This document shows positions 55,005-64,000 of a stretch of DNA of 64,000 bases, one piece after another. The first letter of the stretch is position 1. Every line of letters begins with the position of its first letter. The stretch comes from Candidatus Parcubacteria bacterium (GTDB lineage Bacteria > Patescibacteriota > Patescibacteriia > PEXW01): contig QZJU01000021.1 of assembly GCA_003597955.1 (NCBI GenBank), positions 44,880 to 108,879 on the forward strand. The letters are read 5' to 3'. The translations under genes and the position numbers were made by a program. Below the pieces are notes generated by a model that made no database searches, had not been told where the DNA came from, and was given only the letters and a program-made list of their open reading frames with translations.

Positions 55005-57875
55005 ATGGCAGAACTTATTAGGATCCGTGGCGCCCGGGTCCACAATCTAAAGAATGTTTCGCTGGATATCCCCCGGAATAAATTTGTGGTCTTCACCGGC
55101 CTTTCTGGTTCAGGCAAGTCGTCTTTGGCTTTTGACACGATTTACGCCGAAGGCCAAAGGCGTTATGTGGAGTCCCTGTCGGCATACGCGCGGCAGTTTT
55201 TAGGTTTGATGGACAAGCCCGATGTGGACCAAATCGACGGCCTTTCCCCGGCCATAGCCATTGATCAAAAATCCGTTTCTCACAATCCGCGTTCCACCGT
55301 GGGCACCGTGACGGAAATTTACGATTACCTTCGTTTGCTTTACGCTCGCATCGGAATTCCGCATTGCCCCAAGTGCGGCCGGGAAGTGCAAAGACAAACC
55401 ATTGAACAAATTCGTAAGCAAATCTTGGCTTGGCCGATTGGCACGCAAATAATGGTATTGGCGCCCATGGTCAGGGACCAAAAAGGTGAGCACAAGCACA
55501 TTTTTCAGAATATCCGTAAAGCCGGCTTTGTGCGCGTCAGGCTTGATGGAATCGTCACGGCTCTGGAGGAGGCCGAAAGGCTGGAATTGGACAAGCAAAA
55601 AAGACACTCGATTGAAATCGTGATCGACCGTTTGACTTTGGCCAAGGATTTGGAAAAACAAAGGCTGACCGAGTCTTTGGAAACCGCCGGTCGGTTGGGC
55701 AATGGCTTGATTCTCGTCACCCGTCAGGCGCAAAACGGCAAAGCCATCAACATTGACACTTTGTTCAGTCAGAACTTCGCTTGCCCGCACGACGGCACGA
55801 ATCTGCCACCGATTGAACCCAGGAATTTTTCTTTCAATTCCCCGCACGGCGCTTGCCCGGACTGCACGGGTTTGGGCACCAAGCTAGAAATCGACCCCAA
55901 GCTGGTGATTCCCAATCCTAAACTGACCATTGCTCAAGGCGCGATCCGGCCTTGGTCGCGTTCGGCCTCCAGCCAGACTTGGTATATGCGGATTATCGAG
56001 GCCGTGGCCCGGGAACTGAAGTTTTCTTTGAATACACCCGTAAAAGATTTGCCAAAAAAAGCTCTGGACGCGGTGCTTTACGGCACCGGCGAAAAGCAGT
56101 TTGATGTGAACAACACTTCGGGCGAAGGCAAGGTGCGCTCGTTTATGACCACTTACGAAGGCGTGATTCCGAATCTGATGCGGCGCTACAAAGAAACTGA
56201 TTCTGACTATATCCGCTCGGAAATTGAAAGGTATATGCGCGTTTGGCCCTGCCCGACCTGCGAGGGCCGGCGCTTGAAGCCGGAGATTTTGGGCGTAACC
56301 GTGGCCGGCCAAAATATCGCCAAGCTCACAGCCTGCACCGTGGAAAAAGCCGGCAAATTTTTTGCGGATTTGGCAAAGCCCAAAAGTTTGAGCGAGAAAG
56401 AAGAAAAGATCGCTAGGCAAATATTAAAAGAGATTCGTTCGCGTCTGGGCTTTTTGCAGAATGTCGGCTTGGACTACCTGACCTTGGATCGCGCGGCCTC
56501 CACGCTTTCTGGTGGGGAGTCGCAGAGAATCAGCCTGGCCACGCAAATCGGCTCTTCTTTGGTCGGGGTTTTATACATTTTAGATGAGCCCTCAATCGGC
56601 CTGCACCAAAGAGACAATGCCAAATTAGTCACGACTTTGAAGACCCTGCGGGATCTGGGCAACACAGTAATTGTGGTCGAACATGATGAAGAAACGATTT
56701 TGGCGGCTGATCATGTGGTGGATATCGGACCCGGGGCCGGGGAGCACGGCGGGCAGGTGGTGGCCGCGGGCTCGCCCAAGCAGATTGAAAAAAGTCGGCA
56801 TTCCCTGACCGGCCAGTATCTTTCCGGCCGAAAACGCATTGAGATCCCCGCGCGAGCCCGCAAGGGCAATGGTAAGGCCATCATAATCAAAGGCGCTCAG
56901 GAATTTAATTTGCAAAATCTGACCGTTAAAATTCCTTTGGGCATGTTTGTTTGCGTCACCGGCGTTTCCGGTTCGGGCAAGTCGACTTTAGTCACCGACA
57001 TTCTTTCGCGAGCATTGGCGCAGAAATTTTACAACGCCAAAGATTTGCCGGGTAAACACCAAGAGATAAAAGGCCTGGAAAATTTAGACAAGGTCATAAC
57101 TATTGATCAGTCGCCGATCGGCCGGACACCCCGTTCCAACCCGGCTACTTACACCGGAGTGTTTACGCCCATCCGGGATTTGTTCACCCAAATTCCTGAA
57201 GCCAAAGCTCGGGGCTTTGGGCCCGGCCGGTTCTCATTTAATGTGCCGGGCGGCCGCTGCGAAGCCTGCGAGGGCGACGGCCTGGTTAGGATTGAAATGC
57301 ATTTTCTGCCGGATGTGTATGTGGAGTGCGAAGAGTGTCATGGCCGCCGTTATTCTTCCCAGGTTCTGGAGATTATGTACAAAGGCAAAAACATCGCGGA
57401 TGTCTTAAATATGACCGTGGAGGAGGCATTGCAATTTTTCCGCAACATTCCAGCCATTAAAACCAAACTTCAGACCTTGCTGGATGTGGGTTTGGGCTAT
57501 ATTCATTTGGGCCAAAGCGCCACCACACTTTCCGGCGGCGAAGCTCAGCGGGTGAAATTGGCCACCGAGCTCTCGCGGCGCGCCACTGGCCGGACTTTAT
57601 ATATTTTGGACGAACCGACCACGGGCCTGCATATGGACGATGTCAAAAGATTGCTGAATGTTTTGAGCCAATTGGTGGATAAAGGCAATACGGTGATCGT
57701 TATCGAGCATAATCTGGATGTTATTAAGTGCGCGGATTGGGTGATTGACCTGGGCCCGGGCGGGGGCGACAAAGGCGGTAAGCTGATTGCCGAAGGCCGG
57801 CCGACTGAAGTCGCTAAGACTAAAATCAGCTATACCGGGCAGTATCTGAAGAAATTATTTGCTCACAAAAAATAA
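55005..57875 (+). CDS. uvrA: Excinuclease ABC subunit A
   Basis: Two ABC ATPase domains ([18 protein letters not shown]) and Zn fingers. Confidence 0.99.
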   Translation: MAELIRIRGARVHNLKNVSLDIPRNKFVVFTGLSGSGKSSLAFDTIYAEGQRRYVESLSAYARQFLGLMDKPDVDQIDGLSPAIAIDQKSVSHNPRSTVGTVTEIYDYLRLLYARIGIPHCPKCGREVQRQTIEQIRKQILAWPIGTQIMVLAPMVRDQKGEHKHIFQNIRKAGFVRVRLDGIVTALEEAERLELDKQKRHSIEIVIDRLTLAKDLEKQRLTESLETAGRLGNGLILVTRQAQNGKAINIDTLFSQNFACPHDGTNLPPIEPRNFSFNSPHGACPDCTGLGTKLEIDPKLVIPNPKLTIAQGAIRPWSRSASSQTWYMRIIEAVARELKFSLNTPVKDLPKKALDAVLYGTGEKQFDVNNTSGEGKVRSFMTTYEGVIPNLMRRYKETDSDYIRSEIERYMRVWPCPTCEGRRLKPEILGVTVAGQNIAKLTACTVEKAGKFFADLAKPKSLSEKEEKIARQILKEIRSRLGFLQNVGLDYLTLDRAASTLSGGESQRISLATQIGSSLVGVLYILDEPSIGLHQRDNAKLVTTLKTLRDLGNTVIVVEHDEETILAADHVVDIGPGAGEHGGQVVAAGSPKQIEKSRHSLTGQYLSGRKRIEIPARARKGNGKAIIIKGAQEFNLQNLTVKIPLGMFVCVTGVSGSGKSTLVTDILSRALAQKFYNAKDLPGKHQEIKGLENLDKVITIDQSPIGRTPRSNPATYTGVFTPIRDLFTQIPEAKARGFGPGRFSFNVPGGRCEACEGDGLVRIEMHFLPDVYVECEECHGRRYSSQVLEIMYKGKNIADVLNMTVEEALQFFRNIPAIKTKLQTLLDVGLGYIHLGQSATTLSGGEAQRVKLATELSRRATGRTLYILDEPTTGLHMDDVKRLLNVLSQLVDKGNTVIVIEHNLDVIKCADWVIDLGPGGGDKGGKLIAEGRPTEVAKTKISYTGQYLKKLFAHKK

Positions 57876-57900
57876 ACCCCTGGTCAATGACCTGGGGTTT
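57874..57900. terminator. Bidirectional hairpin at the uvrA/csrA convergence
   Basis: AAACCCC-TGGTCA-A-TGACCT-GGGGTTT. Confidence 0.6.
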
Positions 57901-58102
57901 TATGCTTGCCGAGTAACCTTTTTATAAAGCCCGGGGTTTTTTCAGCTTCGATCTTGGCTTTAATTTCCTCGCGGTGGATTATGACATTGGCGGGAGCGTC
58001 AATACCGATACGGACTTGCCTGCCTTGAATTCCGAGAACCGTGAGAATTATATCGTCTCCGATGATTATTCTTTCCCCCGATTTCCGCGTCAGAATCAGC
58101 AT
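57884..58102 (-). CDS. csrA: Carbon storage regulator CsrA/RsmA
   Basis: [41 protein letters not shown]; TTGACA-16-TATACT promoter. Confidence 0.93.
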   Translation of the reverse strand: MLILTRKSGERIIIGDDIILTVLGIQGRQVRIGIDAPANVIIHREEIKAKIEAEKTPGFIKRLLGKHKTPGH

Positions 58103-58252
58103 AAGGCCTCCTATGGCCTGGGAATAAGCGATTTTTGTGGTATTTTTTAAGGTTTACAAGTTTAAGCGAGTATAACAGGCTAACTTTTCTTGTCAAGAAT
58201 CTTAGCATTTTTAGCGATTGAGCTTTTGGTTCTTGGACGGTAGCATATAGTC

Positions 58253-59170
58253 ATGAACGAGTTGGAATCGGCAATTTTAAAAACCCTGGTTTATTTTGAC
58301 ATTTTCGCCTACCCTTTAACGGCGTGGGAAATTTGGAAGTGGTTGTACGGTCAGAAAGCCGAATTCTTCGAAGTTGAAAAAGCTCTGCAAAACAGCCAGG
58401 CTTTGCGCGGCCAGCTTGAAATGACTTCGGGTTTTTACCATTTGGCGAGTCGGGGGGGGACGGTAAGGTCGCGTCAGGATAGGTACGAATTGGCTTTGCA
58501 GAAATTTCAAATCGCCCAACCTTTTATTAAAAAGTTGTCTCGTTTGCCTTACGTAAAATTCGTCGCCATTTGTAATTCATTAGGACTGTTTAACGCCCAA
58601 GGCCCCAGCGACATCGACCTTTTCATTGTGGTTAAGCCCGGTCACATTTGGACCGCGCGTTTGCTGGCCGCGGGTTATGCCAAACTCCGAAAATTGCGGC
58701 CGACCCAGAAATTCCGACAAAACAAATTTTGTCTGTCTTTTTACCTGACCGAAGATGCCTTGAATGTACAACCGTTGTTATTTCCCGTAGACCCGTATTT
58801 CGCATTTTGGTTAGCTACTTTGGTTCCCGTCTTTGACCCAGAAAAAATCCTGGAAAGACTCTACGCTTCGAATGCCTGGCTGTTCCAAATTTTGCCAAAC
58901 TTGCTGCCGCGCAACATCGCCCGCCAGCGCGAGATCGCTCGGTCTAACTTGCAAACCCTGGGCGAGAAGTTTTTTAACTTTGGTTTTTGGGAAAAACTTG
59001 CCGAAAAGCTTGAGCAGAAATGGCTGCCCTCCAACCTGAAAAAACTAGCGAATCTTGATTCGAGAGTCGTGCTAAACGACCAAGTGCTGAAATTTCACGA
59101 TAATGACCGACGCCAGGAATACGCCCGGCTTTTTCAAGCCAAACTTCAAACTTTGGGGCTGAATGTATGA
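58253..59170 (+). CDS. Nucleotidyltransferase-fold protein with N-terminal wHTH-like region
   Basis: NS..x..SDIDLFIV (Pol-beta-like DxD). Confidence 0.7.
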   Translation: MNELESAILKTLVYFDIFAYPLTAWEIWKWLYGQKAEFFEVEKALQNSQALRGQLEMTSGFYHLASRGGTVRSRQDRYELALQKFQIAQPFIKKLSRLPYVKFVAICNSLGLFNAQGPSDIDLFIVVKPGHIWTARLLAAGYAKLRKLRPTQKFRQNKFCLSFYLTEDALNVQPLLFPVDPYFAFWLATLVPVFDPEKILERLYASNAWLFQILPNLLPRNIARQREIARSNLQTLGEKFFNFGFWEKLAEKLEQKWLPSNLKKLANLDSRVVLNDQVLKFHDNDRRQEYARLFQAKLQTLGLNV

Positions 59171-60549
59171 CAAAGCCTGAAAAATGGTTGAATTGGGCAT
59201 TAGCTGCATATGCGTTTTTATTGCCCTGGCAGACTCGCTTGCTTGTGGATTTTTCCAGCCTAGGCGGAAAAATTTCCGAATACGCAAGCTTTAGTATTTA
59301 CGCCACGGATTTTCTGCTTTTGGGGATTTTCTTGGCCAGCTTGCTGGCGCCGGGCGTCTATACCGTGGGTAATAAAAAGCTGGGCTTTGGCATGCTGGCG
59401 TTTTATATCGTGGTTCTGGGTTCAATGCTTTCGGCCAACCGAGTTGAGGTGTCGATTTTTAGCCTGCGCAATTTACTACTCATCGGCATGCTGTATTTGC
59501 TGATTCAGCAAAAATGGGCCCGGCGGGAATTTTTGCTAGCGGGTTTCTTGGCCGGGGGAGCGGGTCAAGCCTTATTTGCGATTGCGCAATTTATTTTTCA
59601 AACCTCGCCTGCGATGTCGTGGCTGGGTTTGGCTAGCCACGATCCAGCCCAGGCCGGCACTTCGGTGGTTGAAGCCGGGGGCATGCGCTGGTTAAGAGCT
59701 TATGGCAGCCTGCCACACCCCAACATTTTGGGGGGCTATCTGGCCGTCAGTCTGTTTATCGCTTTTGGTTTTTACCTTAAGCTCTATGAAAAAGTCAGGG
59801 CGGGTTTTGGGGTCTGGACTCGGGAAAATCTGAAACGCCATATTGAGGGCCGGCAGTGGTATTTCAAAATGTCGTGGCAGATAGCCATTTTGGTTTTGAC
59901 CTCGATGCTTTTAAGCCTGGGCCTGTTTTTAAGTTTTTCCCGGTCAGCCTGGCTGGGTTTTTCCATTGCCTGGCTGGCGATAATGGCGGTTCTAATTTTT
60001 AAAAGAATTCCTTGGGGCTGGGCTTTGTGGCTGAAATGGTCGGGCTTTATTTTGGCGGTTCTGGTGCTGGTTTTTGCGGTTCTGCCCCAAACTTTTTTAA
60101 CCCGATCTTCAACCCAAAGTCGTTTGGAAAATCAGTCGGTGACGACTCGCCAGGGCCTGTATCAAGACGCTTGGGCCTTGTTAAAACAAGCGCCTTTCCG
60201 GGGCGTGGGGTATGGCAACATGGTCGCGGCAGTTTATGACCAACTCGATTCTAACCGCGAAACCGTTCATGACTACCAGCCCGTGCACAATATTTATATT
60301 TTAAGCGCCGTGGAGCTGGGCATAATTGGCGGGCTGGTTTTTGTGATTTTTCTAATTCTGGTTTTACAAAAGGCTTTTCAAAATTTGCTTAAAGTCTTCA
60401 CGCCGGAAAAAACAGCGCTTTTTGGTATGCTGGTTTGTTTACTGGCTATCGGGTTTTTTGATCATTATTTTTGGACTTTAAGCGCGGGCGTGAGTCTGTT
60501 GTGGTTTTGTATTGCTATAATCAGCAACGACGTTTCCGAAAGACAATAG
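59167..60549 (+). CDS. O-antigen ligase (Wzy_C) family membrane protein
   Basis: RAYGSLPHPN, SFSRSAW, GVGYGN, VHNIY..ELG. Confidence 0.9.
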   Translation: MTKPEKWLNWALAAYAFLLPWQTRLLVDFSSLGGKISEYASFSIYATDFLLLGIFLASLLAPGVYTVGNKKLGFGMLAFYIVVLGSMLSANRVEVSIFSLRNLLLIGMLYLLIQQKWARREFLLAGFLAGGAGQALFAIAQFIFQTSPAMSWLGLASHDPAQAGTSVVEAGGMRWLRAYGSLPHPNILGGYLAVSLFIAFGFYLKLYEKVRAGFGVWTRENLKRHIEGRQWYFKMSWQIAILVLTSMLLSLGLFLSFSRSAWLGFSIAWLAIMAVLIFKRIPWGWALWLKWSGFILAVLVLVFAVLPQTFLTRSSTQSRLENQSVTTRQGLYQDAWALLKQAPFRGVGYGNMVAAVYDQLDSNRETVHDYQPVHNIYILSAVELGIIGGLVFVIFLILVLQKAFQNLLKVFTPEKTALFGMLVCLLAIGFFDHYFWTLSAGVSLLWFCIAIISNDVSERQ

Positions 60550-60621
60550 GCTTTTAAAGACCCGATTTTCGCCCTCTTGACGGCTTTTTTCAGCTTGTTT
60601 AATATAGTTCTGCGGGATAAA

Positions 60622-60648
60622 TTAGCACTCTTTAATTGAAAGTGCTAA
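60622..60648 (+). promoter_or_regulatory. CIRCE element (HrcA operator)
   Basis: TTAGCACTC-N9-AAGTGCTAA (1 mismatch to consensus) upstream of groES; TTGACG-17-TAATAT at 60577-60605. Confidence 0.9.
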
Positions 60649-60697
60649 ATTATCATCAATGCTTAGATTTTTTAATTAAATTAACCTTTAATAAAAT

Positions 60698-60976
60698 ATG
60701 CAGCTCAAACCCCTGGGCGATAGAATTGTGGTCAAGCCCGCCACACAAGAAGAAGTCACTAAGTCCGGCATTGTTTTGCCAGACACCGTGGACAAAGAAA
60801 AAAAAGAGCAAGGCGAAGTTATTGCCATTGGCTCTGGCGAAAAAATCCAGAAGCTTGGGCTAAAAACCGGCGATCTGGTTTTATTCGGCAAATACTCCGG
60901 CGACGAAGTCAAAGTTGAAAACGAGGAGTACAAAATCCTCAAAGACGAGGATATTTTAGCGATTTTAGAAAAGTAA
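60698..60976 (+). CDS. groES: Co-chaperonin GroES
   Basis: LKPLGDRIVV, TKSGIVLPD, KYSG.EVK. Confidence 0.98.
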   Translation: MQLKPLGDRIVVKPATQEEVTKSGIVLPDTVDKEKKEQGEVIAIGSGEKIQKLGLKTGDLVLFGKYSGDEVKVENEEYKILKDEDILAILEK

Positions 60977-60980
60977 TTAA

Positions 60981-62642
<1,662 letters not shown>

Positions 62643-62648
62643 AAGATT

Positions 62649-62765
62649 CAGAAGAGGAACCCCTAGGGGTTCCTCTTCTGTGCATCTCCTCCTCTTCTGG
62701 TGTCGCGTCGTCAGGGCTCGGTTTGGGTACCCACGAGACCCTAAACCTCGCCCTTCCTTGCGACA
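62649..62765. repeat. Perfect 32-bp palindrome followed by a long imperfect hairpin
   Basis: CAGAAGAGGAACCCCTAGGGGTTCCTCTTCTG (62649-62680); TGTCGC..AGGGC..GGTTT / AAACC..GCCCT..GCGACA. Confidence 0.7.
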
Positions 62766-62782
62766 GTTTAAAGAAAAATTAT

Positions 62783-62812
62783 AAAACCCGTCAGTTTACC
62801 TGGCGGGTTTTT
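62783..62812. terminator. Bidirectional intrinsic terminator
   Basis: AAAACCCGTCAG / CTGGCGGGTTTTT. Confidence 0.75.
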
Positions 62813-62832
62813 GGATTTTAGGAAATGAGCTT

Positions 62833-63387
62833 TTAGATTGTGGTTGAAGGGTTTCTTAAGATCTCAATGGCGTTTTCAAGAATTTGCCAGAGCTGATCTG
62901 GCATGGGAATTTTGTGGCTGCAGGTTTGCAGAGGGAGGGTCAAGAATTTAAAGATCCGCTTTTGGGAAAACTGGTGGGTTTGTTCAAATTCCTTCGGCGC
63001 AATTCGGCTGATGCACACTCGGGTTTTGTGGCACAGCGGGCAGAAATTGGCGAAAATTTTACTTTGGCCCTTAACCAAACCCACGTAAATTACCAGCCTT
63101 TGATTCTTTAGCGGATTGAGGACGACATATTCCTCCAAATGCATTTTAACGGCATAGCCAAGCCAGCGCAGCTGCTCTTCGACGGCATCCTGCCAGCACG
63201 CGTAAGCTTGCGGGTTGTTGGGAAAATTTTTTACCAGCCAGGCTTTTGACATCGTGGCCAAAAGCTGCGGCTCATTCAGAATGCTCTGAATGTGAGTGCT
63301 TGCCAGAATTTCCAAAGCGGTTTTAAAGTCTTTGCCGCCATGGCTGATGGGGATCCTGGCCTGACCACCAAAAAAGTTTTCCTCCAT
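62833..63387 (-). CDS. Hypothetical protein with CPLC..C..C cysteines
   Basis: ATG 63387 preceded by GGAGG (alternative TTG at 63447); TTGACA at 63481-63476. Confidence 0.65.
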   Translation of the reverse strand: MEENFFGGQARIPISHGGKDFKTALEILASTHIQSILNEPQLLATMSKAWLVKNFPNNPQAYACWQDAVEEQLRWLGYAVKMHLEEYVVLNPLKNQRLVIYVGLVKGQSKIFANFCPLCHKTRVCISRIAPKEFEQTHQFSQKRIFKFLTLPLQTCSHKIPMPDQLWQILENAIEILRNPSTTI

Positions 63388-63480
63388 TTTTAATCTGACC
63401 TCCGAGTTGCTTTTAGGTGCATTGTTGAAGTTAGTTTTGATTTTCAAATTGGTATATTAGCAAATCCATGTCTTTTGTCA

Positions 63481-63525
63481 ACCCCGTACCACCCTGTACC
63501 ATTTCGGTGCAGGGTGGTACGGGGT
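63481..63525. repeat. Nested palindromic element
   Basis: ACCCCGTACC-ACCCTGTACC-ATTTC-GGTGCAGGGT-GGTACGGGGT. Confidence 0.8.
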
Positions 63526-63569
63526 CAAGCGAATGTACATATTTTACAAGAGAGGTATAATTTAAACAT

Positions 63570-63875
63570 ATGCAAGACCCAATTACTCAAAAAACCCAGA
63601 ATACGGGTTTTAACAACACCCGCAATTTGATAGCCGCCTTGGGCTATGTTTGGTTTGTGTGCGTGGTTATTTTGCTCTGGAAGCGGGATGACCCTTTCAT
63701 TGTGAATCACGCCAAAAACGGCACGGCCCTTTTCGTCCTTTCAATCTTGTGGTTTATTCCGATCTTGGGTTTTATAATCCTGATTTTTGAAGTTTACGGT
63801 TTGTATCAGGCTTTTGTGGGGAACCCCTACAAACTCCCGTTGATCGGAGATTGGCTGGAAAAATACAAGATATGA
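63570..63875 (+). CDS. Small membrane protein (DUF4870-like)
   Basis: AALGY..DPF..HAK.G..IPILG..A..G..YKLPLIG. Confidence 0.8.
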   Translation: MQDPITQKTQNTGFNNTRNLIAALGYVWFVCVVILLWKRDDPFIVNHAKNGTALFVLSILWFIPILGFIILIFEVYGLYQAFVGNPYKLPLIGDWLEKYKI

Positions 63876-64000
63876 TTGGGCGGGTTAAACCGCAGGGCGG
63901 CTAAGGAAACGCTTTCGTTTATTCAGAAATAATTTTGTCAAAAAGATGGACAAAAGTCGTTTTTTGTGTTAAAATTAGAATACATTTCTCGAATTTAAAA

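Overview
This 64 kb chromosomal segment most likely comes from a Patescibacteria/CPR (Parcubacteria-like) bacterium using genetic code 11. The taxon is inferred from gene content, gene style and intergenic repeats. The housekeeping backbone is uvrD/pcrA, rarA, murE, rpoBC, ftsK, recA, efp-rpsR-ssb-rpsF, ychF, folD/folC/glyA, rnj, oppA-like, secG, uvrC, uvrA, csrA and CIRCE-groESL, interspersed with orphan genes. Main finding: a ~5 kb element (45376-50353) is integrated at the CCA end of tRNA-Leu(CAG), and its att site lies inside the coding sequence of its own large serine recombinase. Excision would swap a 15-aa tRNA-antisense-encoded tail for a 37-aa tail stored at the far end of the element. 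Other notable items: (1) complementary 5' and 3' fragments of a second tRNA-Leu flank the element plus tRNA; (2) a RAYT-like HUH transposase carries a GTAG-REP doublet with compensatory changes in frame inside its own gene; (3) TACGAAT heptamer arrays abut start codons; (4) CCCCG..CGGGG palindromic elements sit against TTGACA boxes; (5) there is a synonymous duplicate of the rnj 3' end; (6) several small ORFs are missing from the ORF track. All calls were made by eye; no database searches were run.
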